From Treponema sp. (GTDB lineage Bacteria > Spirochaetota > Spirochaetia > Treponematales > Treponemataceae), in the NCBI GenBank assembly GCA_045123335.1, contig JBGVIP010000028.1, positions 310 to 64,309 on the forward strand: a stretch of DNA of 64,000 nucleotides, in the 5' to 3' direction. The notes beneath the pieces are model-generated. The model was not told where the DNA came from. It saw only the letters and a program-made list of their open reading frames with translations, and did not search any database. The position numbers were made by a program, and so were the translations under genes. Shown here one piece after another: positions 38,399 to 46,928 of the stretch (position 1 is the first letter of the stretch; each line of letters starts with the position of its first letter).

Positions 38399-40837
38399 CT
38401 AAAAATTTATTGAGCCTATATCCAGCGAAAAGAACGGAGTAACGGATTTTTGCATTGTTGATGCTGCTCCAAATCTTATGTAAATGCTGTATGCGGATTT
38501 TATTTTTAACGCAATTCCGGCTCCGCCAGTCCACAGAATAGGGTTTGTTTCGTTTTCTTCAGAGTCAGATGGAATCATCTCTGTAAAAGTTTCCGTTACG
38601 TTACCGACCGTTCCGTTCAGCGTAAGGATTAAGTCGCCGCCAAGAATTGTAAGCTGCTTCCAAGGTTCAATTTGAAATGTAAGCGCAGACGCAAGAATGC
38701 AGCTTCCGAATGTTGTAGGGCTGCAAATCTGAGGGAAATAGATTCTGTTGAAATTTGTAAATCCTTCTGCAAACATTGATGCTGGACTGGAAGCCATGTT
38801 TCCGAAAATGTCTGTTCCAATTAAAGTTGTTGAATTCATGCTTACGTGCCGGCCAAAAGGAATTACGCTTTTTCCCTGTGATGTCAAAATCAGCATATGA
38901 GGCTTGGAATTCCAATTTTCGTCAAAACTAAAGGCATATTTTGCATTAAGATTATAACTAACTCCTTTGTGCGGAAAAATCTGCGAATCCAGTCTGTTTA
39001 TTTCGTAATTTACAAATATTCCCGAACTTTTTGCATTGGAAGTTGTCTCGTAATATTCTTCAAAAAGAGACTGAAGGAGTTCAAGCTTGTCATTGTTTTC
39101 AATTTCGTATGCAGTTTCATATGGTTCAATAAAGTATTCTTTAAAGTAATTGATTTCCGGCAAGTCTCTGGAAGAAATGTATTTGTAGAATCCGCCAAGC
39201 CTTATTGTTCTTCCAGTGTCTGTTCGGGCACCAAGAGAAAGGACTGCATTGAATTCCTTAAAAGAATTGTATTCCGACATGTCTTTTGGAAGGCTTCCGA
39301 ACGGAAGCTGCGGATATCTTCTATCTTCCAGATTAAGGTTTAAGTCGCAGAAAAGGTTTGTGTTGATCGGCTGAAGGTAGTAAAGGTTTAGTCCAAAATC
39401 GTTTACGCTTTTTGCCCGCATGGAAATAACGGAACCGCGGCCGGTAAGCCCCCTGTATTGAACACCAAGTGTAAAATCCAACATTGAAGTTGTTCTTGTA
39501 GAAATCACCTGAGTGTAGTCAATGTCCAGACAGAGTTTTGCGCTTTTTGATTCTTCCTGCGTCATTTTTAAGAAAAGTTCTGAACCGCTGTCTGTGCTGT
39601 AAATTCTTGCCTTTATGCTTTTGTAGTTTCCGGTAAGCTTAAGGCTTTCCATAAAATCAGAGAAAACCTGCGGAGTAAATTCTATTCCTTTGATTTTTTC
39701 TGACTGAATTTTTATATATTTCTGGTCAACAGGGAAAAGTCCTTCTGTATTAATGGAAGAAATCACAGGAAGCGGCTTAAAGTCATATTCAGAATATTCT
39801 GGGAGGATTTTGTAGTTAGAAATTCTTTTACCGCTTGAGTCATAGTCTTTTGGGTAGATTTTTTTGCGGATGTCTTCAAGCGCCTGAGTATATTTTGTTA
39901 CGGTTTTTTTGCCTTCTTCATATATAAGTGAAGATTTTTTAAAATCCAGCGTTCCAAAGTCGGCAAGCTCTGGAAGAATTACAAGATCTGCGTCCTTGTA
40001 CATTGACTGAGTTGCTGTGTACTGGGCGATTGTAATTGTGTTCAGCATGGCAATTGCCGGATTTGAAGAAAAAACATCCGGGTCGTTCCTGACTTTCTGC
40101 GAAATGTCTATTGCAATGATTATGTCGTAACCCATATTTTTTGCTACGTTGATTGCAAGGTTGTAGCGGATTCCGCCGTCCATGTAATATTTTCCGTCAA
40201 TTTCCATCGGTTCAAAAACGGAAGGAAGGCTCATGCTTGCCCTTATGGCCTCTGCAAGGTCGCCTTCGTCCAAAACGAGCGCTTCGCCAGTAAGCATGTC
40301 GCATACTACGGCGCGGAACGGAACCGGAAGCCTGTTAAAATCCATGTTGGAAGGATATTTTAAGGTTCGTTCCTTTATCATTTCGTAGATTTTCTGGCCG
40401 TTAGAAACGCCTTTTCCAAGTTTAAGGGAAAGATCCAGCCCCAGATTCAGCGTAATAAGATTCCTGAAAAGGCTGTGTTCCATTAAAGTATTTTCATACG
40501 GCGAAAAGGCTGCATCGGCAAAAATAGGGGTCCAGTCAACATTCTGAAAAGACCTGTCTATTTCTGAAGGCGTGTAGCCGGCAGAATAAAGTCCGCCGAT
40601 TATGGAGCCGATGCTTGTTCCTACAATCATATCAATCGGGATGTCCATTTTTTCTATTAGTTCAATTACCGGTAAATGTGCAAAACCTTTTGCGCCGCCG
40701 CCGGCAAGGACAAGTGCTACGGAAGGCCTGTCTTTTGGTTTTGGACCGGCGGGCAGTTTACCTTCTGCGGAGCGCGGTTCTGAATATATATAAATGCAGA
40801 ATAATGACAGCAATATAATGAAGAAATTTTTTTTCAT
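38399..40837 (-). CDS. Patatin-like phospholipase with POTRA/beta-barrel C-terminus (PlpD-like)
   Basis: Signal peptide, GGGAKG, GTSIG and DGG motifs, then a long beta-rich C-terminus ending FFSLDIGSINF. Confidence 0.8.
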   Translation of the reverse strand: MKKNFFIILLSLFCIYIYSEPRSAEGKLPAGPKPKDRPSVALVLAGGGAKGFAHLPVIELIEKMDIPIDMIVGTSIGSIIGGLYSAGYTPSEIDRSFQNVDWTPIFADAAFSPYENTLMEHSLFRNLITLNLGLDLSLKLGKGVSNGQKIYEMIKERTLKYPSNMDFNRLPVPFRAVVCDMLTGEALVLDEGDLAEAIRASMSLPSVFEPMEIDGKYYMDGGIRYNLAINVAKNMGYDIIIAIDISQKVRNDPDVFSSNPAIAMLNTITIAQYTATQSMYKDADLVILPELADFGTLDFKKSSLIYEEGKKTVTKYTQALEDIRKKIYPKDYDSSGKRISNYKILPEYSEYDFKPLPVISSINTEGLFPVDQKYIKIQSEKIKGIEFTPQVFSDFMESLKLTGNYKSIKARIYSTDSGSELFLKMTQEESKSAKLCLDIDYTQVISTRTTSMLDFTLGVQYRGLTGRGSVISMRAKSVNDFGLNLYYLQPINTNLFCDLNLNLEDRRYPQLPFGSLPKDMSEYNSFKEFNAVLSLGARTDTGRTIRLGGFYKYISSRDLPEINYFKEYFIEPYETAYEIENNDKLELLQSLFEEYYETTSNAKSSGIFVNYEINRLDSQIFPHKGVSYNLNAKYAFSFDENWNSKPHMLILTSQGKSVIPFGRHVSMNSTTLIGTDIFGNMASSPASMFAEGFTNFNRIYFPQICSPTTFGSCILASALTFQIEPWKQLTILGGDLILTLNGTVGNVTETFTEMIPSDSEENETNPILWTGGAGIALKIKSAYSIYIRFGAASTMQKSVTPFFSLDIGSINF

Positions 40838-40895
40838 GTTTTTATAATATCACAATTTATTGCATATGTATTGGATTTGGGTGTAAAATATAGAA

Positions 40896-41552
40896 ATGAA
40901 TAGGAAAGTTGTTTATACCGCAAGCTGTCTGCTTGTTCTTTTATTGTTTTGCCTGCATGAAATATTTTTGAATTTTCATCCTGACATAAGAAACGTAAGG
41001 GTTGCCCTTAAGTTTTCAATGAGTTTTATACCGTTCGTTCTGTCTTATTTTGGCTGGAAAAATCACAGAAACGTTCTGGGCTTGTATGTAACGGAAGGGC
41101 TTTTGCTCTGCTGTATTGCCGATGCCTTAATTAACATTAATCTGATTGTTGGAATTGCGCTGTACATGTTTGGGCATCTTTGCTTTGTTTTGGGATTTAT
41201 AAAAATAAGAAAACCGCATTTAATCCAGTATATTTTGTGGATTGTGACTGCGCTTACAATTTCGCTTTTGCTGTGGTTTGTTCCAGAAAAACCGGCTCAG
41301 ATTAAGATTGCGGCAATTGTCTATACGCTGTTCATGACTGCAATGGTCAGTTTTTCTTACTGCGGTTCAAAGAGAATTTTCTTAGGCGGTATTATTTTTG
41401 GTCTTTCTGACATTCTTCTTATGATAAGCATGGCACTTGGAATTAACGATGGAATTTTTCATATTTTTTCGCTTGGCATTTATTATCTGGGTGTGCTTAT
41501 GTTTGCCAACAGGACTTTTGTTGGCGCAGAGGATGCGATTCCAGTTATATAG
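40896..41552 (+). CDS. YhhN/lysoplasmalogenase-family membrane protein
   Basis: Multi-TM protein with CCIADAL, MFGHLCF, FGLSDILL and IYYLG motifs. Confidence 0.75.
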   Translation: MNRKVVYTASCLLVLLLFCLHEIFLNFHPDIRNVRVALKFSMSFIPFVLSYFGWKNHRNVLGLYVTEGLLLCCIADALININLIVGIALYMFGHLCFVLGFIKIRKPHLIQYILWIVTALTISLLLWFVPEKPAQIKIAAIVYTLFMTAMVSFSYCGSKRIFLGGIIFGLSDILLMISMALGINDGIFHIFSLGIYYLGVLMFANRTFVGAEDAIPVI

Positions 41553-41561
41553 GGCTGAATG

Positions 41562-41665
41562 TGCCGGCGCCGGCATGGAAGGGCAGCCGCAGGCTGTTCC
41601 GGAGCGGAGCGCAGGAATGAGCGGTGAGCGGAACCCTGGAACGCCGGTTTGCGTGATTCGTTCCG
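41562..41665. repeat. GC-rich intergenic palindromic (REP-like) element
   Basis: Perfect palindrome tgccggcgccggca (41562-41575) followed by gagcggagcgcag/gagcggtgagcgg motifs in an AT-rich background. Confidence 0.4.
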
Positions 41666-41799
41666 CCCGTTATAGGAAAAAAGTATAATTCGCATATTTT
41701 TATAAATATTTCACTATAAACCTATTGACTTAATAGGAAATAATCATTATAAAAATCCTATCAGAATAAATCTGAAATTGATGAGATTGAGGGTACTAT

Positions 41800-42627
41800 A
41801 TGAAAAAATCTACATTGTCTTTTTTGATTGCAGGATTGCTTTTGCTTGGTTCTTCTTTTTCTGTAGAGGCAAAATCTAAATACAGGTCTTTGGCTCAGAT
41901 TAAGAAAAGCGGAACAATTAAGGTTGCGGTTTTTAGTGATAAAAAACCGTTCGGTTATGTTGATGAATACGGAAAGTATCAGGGATATGACGTTTATTTT
42001 GCTGAACGTCTTGCTGCTGATCTTGGCGTAAAGGTTAAGTATGTGCCGGTTGAAGCTGCTGCCCGCGTGGAAGTACTTCAGACAGGAAAAGTTGATCTTG
42101 TTCTTGCCAATTTTACAGTAACTCCTGCACGTGCTGAGAAAGTGGATTTTGCGCTTCCTTACATGAAATGTGCCCTCGGAATTGTTTCCAGCGACAAGGC
42201 TCTGGTAAAGTCTCCTGACGATTTGAAGGGAAAGGTTCTGATTGTTTCCAAGGGAACTACTGCTGAAACATATTTTACGGAAAACTATCCTGAAGTTCAG
42301 CTCTTGAAGTTTGACCAGTACAGTGAAGCTTACAATGCGCTGCTTGACGGTCGCGGAGCCGGTCTTTCTACAGATAATACAGAAGTTCTGGCGTGGGCTT
42401 TGGAAAATCCTGGATTCAGCGTTGGTGTTGAATCTTTGGGAAGCGTTGATACAATTGCTCCTGCCGTTGCAACAGGAAACACAACTTTGCTTGACTGGAT
42501 TAATGAAGAAATCCGCGCCCTTGGAAAAGAAAAATTCTTCCATGCTGACTACGAAGCAACTTTGCGCGCAACATACGGAAAAGATTCCAACGCAGATTCT
42601 CTGGTTGTTGAAGGCGGAAAGATTTAA
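41800..42627 (+). CDS. Polar amino-acid ABC transporter substrate-binding protein (cysteine-binding-like)
   Basis: SBP family 3 motifs: VAVFSDKKPFGY, GYDVYFA, ANFTVTPAR..VDFALPYMK and WINEEI. Own TTGACT-17-TATAAA promoter. Confidence 0.9.
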   Translation: MKKSTLSFLIAGLLLLGSSFSVEAKSKYRSLAQIKKSGTIKVAVFSDKKPFGYVDEYGKYQGYDVYFAERLAADLGVKVKYVPVEAAARVEVLQTGKVDLVLANFTVTPARAEKVDFALPYMKCALGIVSSDKALVKSPDDLKGKVLIVSKGTTAETYFTENYPEVQLLKFDQYSEAYNALLDGRGAGLSTDNTEVLAWALENPGFSVGVESLGSVDTIAPAVATGNTTLLDWINEEIRALGKEKFFHADYEATLRATYGKDSNADSLVVEGGKI

Positions 42628-42690
42628 TTATTGAAGATTTCTGATTCATTATAAATTTAAACTTTTTTTCAAGAAATGCATTTTTAGCAC

Positions 42691-42721
42691 AAAAACTCCT
42701 ATATATCTTATAGGAGTTTTT
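42691..42721 (+). promoter_or_regulatory. 13-bp hairpin covering the RBS of Rpn gene 2
   Basis: aaaaactcctata-tatct-tataggagttttt. AGGAG lies in the 3' arm upstream of ATG 42725. Confidence 0.75.
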
Positions 42722-42724
42722 TTA

Positions 42725-43633
42725 ATGGAACACGATTTTCTTAGCCGTCACCAGAGCCAATACAAAGACCGCCTTTTTAAGTTCATCTTTGGGCGCGATG
42801 ACGAAAATAGCAAAAAATGGCGTCTTGAACTATACAACGCGCTGAACGGCACAAATTACACCGACCCGGATGCGCTTGAACTGAATACGATTGAAAACGT
42901 AATTTACATTACAATGCACAACGACATTTCGTTCCTTGTCGGCACAGAGATGAACCTTTACGAGCAGCAGAGCTCGCGCAATCCGAACATGCCGCTTCGT
43001 GGATTGCTGTATTTTTCGCAGCTGTACCAGAATTACCTTACTAAAAACGGAAAAAATTTGATAAGCACACAGCTTGTAAAAATCCCTACGCCGGAGTTCA
43101 TCGTTTTCTATACTGGCAGCGAAAACGATCCAAAAGAATGGACCTTAAAACTATCTGACGCTTTTATGAACAAAGACAATTCCGGCGCCTACGAATGGAC
43201 TGCAAAAGTCCTGAACATTCACCCGGTTTATGCAAAAGAACTTCAAAAAAGCTGCAAAGCGTTGTATGATTACAGTTGCTACATCTACCGCATTAAAAAC
43301 AACATTAAGTTTGGAATGAAAAACGACGAAGCCATTGAAGAAGCAATCGGTTGGGCAGAAAAAGAGCACCTCTTAGGCAACTTCTTCAAAATCCAGAAAG
43401 CAGAGGTAATTGGTATGAGTTTAACGGAATTTGATGAAAATGAATTTAAGCGCATCTGTCGCGAAGATGGAATTGCAGAAGGACAGGAACTTGGCCGCAT
43501 GGAAAAGGCTGTTGAAGCTGCACGAAATCTTTGCGACAACGGCGTATCAATTGAAATCATAGCAAAATCCCTGAACATGACTATTGAGCAGGTAAACGAA
43601 ATCGTAAAACAACCCATTTCTTTGCAGAGGTAA
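42725..43633 (+). CDS. Rpn-family protein, copy 2
   Basis: Nearly identical to 7488-8417 over the first about 245 aa and in GRMEKAVEAA; the C-terminal tail is different. Confidence 0.8.
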   Translation: MEHDFLSRHQSQYKDRLFKFIFGRDDENSKKWRLELYNALNGTNYTDPDALELNTIENVIYITMHNDISFLVGTEMNLYEQQSSRNPNMPLRGLLYFSQLYQNYLTKNGKNLISTQLVKIPTPEFIVFYTGSENDPKEWTLKLSDAFMNKDNSGAYEWTAKVLNIHPVYAKELQKSCKALYDYSCYIYRIKNNIKFGMKNDEAIEEAIGWAEKEHLLGNFFKIQKAEVIGMSLTEFDENEFKRICREDGIAEGQELGRMEKAVEAARNLCDNGVSIEIIAKSLNMTIEQVNEIVKQPISLQR

Positions 43634-43698
43634 TTGGTATGAGTTTAACGGAATTTGATGAAGATGAATTTAAGCGCATCTGCCGCAAATATTTATAA
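43624..43698 (+). pseudogene. Truncated duplicate of the internal Rpn small-ORF start (20 codons)
   Basis: 43624-43686 repeats 43400-43462 and 8163-8225. It encodes MSLTEFDEDEFKRICRKYL* from ATG 43639. Confidence 0.75.
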
Positions 43699-43739
43699 CT
43701 TATATCATAATTAGTTAGGCACGTTTCTGTCCTAAAATT

Positions 43740-45224
43740 TTAAAACTGAAAATACACGAACTGTGTTTTTTCTGTAATTGAATAGAAGATAAGTGCGAAA
43801 ATTAAGGCGTAGTAGCAGAGCCAGCGTACTGGAATCGGGAAGCGGGTAATCAGTGTGCAGCCGTCGCTTTTTCTTGTAATGAAGCTTACTGTCATAAGGA
43901 TAGCAATAAGTACAAGTGACGTTATGATTGCAGAAATGTCTATGCTTTCATGCAAAAACAGCAGATAGTTTATTGTTGCCGTAAGCGGGTAGTGAGGTGC
44001 ATGGCGTGACATTGTTTTTACTGCAAGTGAGATTTCTGAAGGAATCATTGTTAATTTTTTTAATGCATATAAAAAGTCTGGAACGGAATCTGCCCTGAAC
44101 GATATTGCAAGCAGGGTAAAGACTGTAAATGTTGCAAATATTTTAAAAATCTTAATTCCTGTATTGCTAGTGCCTGCCTGTGCGGAAGGCATTTTTTTTG
44201 CCGCGCGGAATAGAGCTTCTGCAGAAAGGACAAGACCGTGCATAAATCCCCACAGGACAAAGTGCCAGCCGGCTCCATGCCACAGTCCGCTTAAAGTCAT
44301 GATTATAATAAGGTTCAGGCAGTGTCGTAAGAGGCCACAGCGTGAGCCGCCAAGCGGAATGTAAACGTAATCCTTAAACCATGAAGAAAGGGTTATGTGC
44401 CAGCGGTTCCATAGTTCGCTCATTGATTTGGAAAAAAACGGGCTGCGGAAGTTTCTGGATAATTTAAAGCCTAAGATGCGGGCGCTTCCGATTGCGATGT
44501 TTGAATAGCCTGAAAAATCGCATAGAACCTGAAAGCAGAAGAAAAATGTAGAAAGAAGAACGGCGCATCCGGTTGCCGGCTGAAGCTGGCTGTAAACATT
44601 GTTTACGTAAAGGGCAAGCCGATCGGCAATTACGATTTTTTCAAAAAGTCCCCAGGCTATAAGTTTAAGGCCGGCTTTTATTTCTTCCGTAGTAGGCGGC
44701 AGGACAGTCTTAAATTGAGGAAGAAGATTTTGTGCGCGCTCAATTGGCCCTGCGACCAGCTGCGGAAAAAATGTAACGAAGAGCGCGTATGCTGCAAAGT
44801 TGCGTTCGGGCTGTAATTTTTTTCTGTAGACGTCAATTGTGTAGCCTAAAGCCTGAAATGTATAGAAGGAAATTCCGACCGGAAGAAGGACGTTGAATTT
44901 TACGGAGCTGTTGATTGCTGCGGTAAAAAAGTTGAAATATTTGAAGGCAAAAAGGATTCCGAGGTTTGAGATGAGCGAAAAGGCGAGCATGGCTTTCTTT
45001 ATTTTTGGAAAGCGTTCCATAAAAATGGCGTTCAAATATGTAATTATTACGCTTAGAAAAATCAGTGCCAGGTATGCCGGCTTCCAGCATGCATAAAAAA
45101 ACAGGCTGCAGGCAAGCAGAAAAATCTGCGTAATGAAAGGCTTTCTTATATAAATGGCGGCAATATAATTTAAGATGAAAACTGCTGGTAAAAAAAATGC
45201 ATATTGAATCGAATTAAAGTACAT
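43740..45224 (-). CDS. MBOAT O-acyltransferase (AlgI/DltB/PatA-like)
   Basis: SLFFYACW, LPVGISFYTFQ, FFPQLVAGPIER, DFSGYS, WNRWHITLSSWFKDYVYIPLGG and SGLWHGA motifs. Confidence 0.93.
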   Translation of the reverse strand: MYFNSIQYAFFLPAVFILNYIAAIYIRKPFITQIFLLACSLFFYACWKPAYLALIFLSVIITYLNAIFMERFPKIKKAMLAFSLISNLGILFAFKYFNFFTAAINSSVKFNVLLPVGISFYTFQALGYTIDVYRKKLQPERNFAAYALFVTFFPQLVAGPIERAQNLLPQFKTVLPPTTEEIKAGLKLIAWGLFEKIVIADRLALYVNNVYSQLQPATGCAVLLSTFFFCFQVLCDFSGYSNIAIGSARILGFKLSRNFRSPFFSKSMSELWNRWHITLSSWFKDYVYIPLGGSRCGLLRHCLNLIIIMTLSGLWHGAGWHFVLWGFMHGLVLSAEALFRAAKKMPSAQAGTSNTGIKIFKIFATFTVFTLLAISFRADSVPDFLYALKKLTMIPSEISLAVKTMSRHAPHYPLTATINYLLFLHESIDISAIITSLVLIAILMTVSFITRKSDGCTLITRFPIPVRWLCYYALIFALIFYSITEKTQFVYFQF

Positions 45225-45236
45225 GCTTAAATCTGG

Positions 45237-46199
45237 CTAAAAAAGCCCTGCTCCTGTCTTATTGATTGCCTCTAGGATTTCATCTGTGTATTTTGCACAG
45301 TATTCGTCTTTAAGGTGAACCGGATCCTTAAACCATTCTTCGTGATTCATGTATTCTTCTGAACGGTTGTAATCCAGCCAGTTTATTTCTATCTGCTGAT
45401 TTTTGCATTCATCTAAGATAGCGCTCTTTAGTTTTTCAAATGCAGTAAAATAGTCAGTTTTTTCAAGCGCATGTACGGTGTTGGCGGGAAGGGGCGGCGT
45501 TACTACAACAGGATGAACGTTATGTTCGTTGCAGAGTTTTGCCATTTTGATTACATAATTTTTGTTGTAGTCTAAGCCAGCCTGCTTTTGACGCGGATAA
45601 GTCCTATTAAAAATATTCAGGAAATTATCCTGCTCAAGCCGTTTTTCAAGAAAACATGTCTTCTTTTGTGCCGCGTCCAGAATTTCTTCCGGTTCGTCCT
45701 GTTCTTCTTCTTTTAAAAATCTGCGTTTAATTTTGTAAAAAGGGTATTCCGCATAGACAATCGGAACTGCACAGTACCGGATTCTGTCAAAAAGTGAATA
45801 GTCTTCTATATATTTGCTTTTTAAAAACTGGTAGTAGCGGCCTTTTATTGTTCTGTAAATATCGTCATTTAGAATTCCGTCTACCTCGCCGTAAGACAAT
45901 ACAATAATAAAGATGCTGTCTCTGGCAAAATGATCTATGTACTGTTCCAGAATATGAAAGTCGTAATTAATCGGCTGCATTAATAGAGAAAATTTAACTG
46001 CGGTTAAACCCGGGTGATTTTTATAGTTCATCTGCTCTCCCAGGGAATTTCCGGAATTTGCAAGCTGTATGCTGTATGGCACGTTTTTAAAGCGGGAAAC
46101 ATCATTGTCGCCAAAAGAATATTCTGCATTTTTATAAATCAGGTTGAGTAGCTCAAACGGAAGAAAAAGTATAAGCAACGACAGTAAAATTTTTTTCAT
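45237..46199 (-). CDS. Exported SGNH-like partner of the MBOAT (AlgJ/DltD-like)
   Basis: N-terminal anchor, GNS nucleophile-like motif (NSGNSLG) and C-terminal DxxH (FKDPVHL); directly upstream of the MBOAT. Confidence 0.6.
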   Translation of the reverse strand: MKKILLSLLILFLPFELLNLIYKNAEYSFGDNDVSRFKNVPYSIQLANSGNSLGEQMNYKNHPGLTAVKFSLLMQPINYDFHILEQYIDHFARDSIFIIVLSYGEVDGILNDDIYRTIKGRYYQFLKSKYIEDYSLFDRIRYCAVPIVYAEYPFYKIKRRFLKEEEQDEPEEILDAAQKKTCFLEKRLEQDNFLNIFNRTYPRQKQAGLDYNKNYVIKMAKLCNEHNVHPVVVTPPLPANTVHALEKTDYFTAFEKLKSAILDECKNQQIEINWLDYNRSEEYMNHEEWFKDPVHLKDEYCAKYTDEILEAINKTGAGLF

Positions 46200-46358
46200 A
46201 TTTAAATAATATAGCCAATGTCACTAAAAAAAAAGTGATTTTGTATAATTTTTTTTACTATAAGCAAAAAAACGTGCTAAAATTGTTAACATAATTTAAC
46301 TGTAAGGTTTTACGTTAAAAAAAAATCCGCTTACGCGGAAAAAAAAGGAGATTGTTAA

Positions 46359-46928
46359 ATGAAAAAGCTTAATCTAATTTTTTCATTAACTTTAGGTACT
46401 GCTTTTCTGTTTGGCATTACAAGTTGTAATAACGATGTAGATCAAACAAAAAATGCAATGGCTGTAATTGCAGCCAGGAACACGGGTGTTACAAAGGTAA
46501 CTTTTAACACATCGCACGGAACAAATGTTGCGCGGTTTGATAATGAAAAAAAGAAAATTGTATCATCGGATTCAATTGACCGTCAGACTGGAATTGTTAC
46601 AAGCCGTTCCTACAATTATGACGGAGACAACAATATCCGCATGCTCAGCATTAAAAAAGGATATTCCCCGGAAGTAATTTATTACTATGGAACAAAAGAC
46701 TCTAATTCCAGAAGTCTTGCTTCATCAATTTCTGATGATATTGTTGCAACTCCTGTAAAAATCCGTTCTGTTACAAAAACTACGGAAGCCACTTCCCGCG
46801 CGCTTGCAAAAGAAGAATCTGCCGTTACAGAATATTATGGCGATGAATCAGGAAATATTGTAGCAGTCATTCAGAGAGATTCTTATGGAAATATCAAGAT
46901 GAAATCAGCTGTAGGAGATGAACAATGA
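46359..46928 (+). CDS. Hypothetical lipoprotein
   Basis: FLFGITS-C lipobox; AGGAG RBS; YD-like segments (SYNYDGDNNI, YYGDESGNI). Confidence 0.7.
   Translation: MKKLNLIFSLTLGTAFLFGITSCNNDVDQTKNAMAVIAARNTGVTKVTFNTSHGTNVARFDNEKKKIVSSDSIDRQTGIVTSRSYNYDGDNNIRMLSIKKGYSPEVIYYYGTKDSNSRSLASSISDDIVATPVKIRSVTKTTEATSRALAKEESAVTEYYGDESGNIVAVIQRDSYGNIKMKSAVGDEQ

Noticed and set aside
1657-42627. Origin-symmetric inversion separating the SBP (41800) from the permeases (1657)
   Set aside because: The positions are roughly symmetric about the origin, but each part has its own promoter. The permease-permease-ATPase operon may have its own SBP beyond the left edge, so there is no direct evidence.
7488-43633. 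The two Rpn copies as IS elements bounding a composite transposon
   Set aside because: No terminal inverted repeats or target-site duplications were seen, and the C-termini and downstream DNA differ. Rpn proteins are not established transposases.
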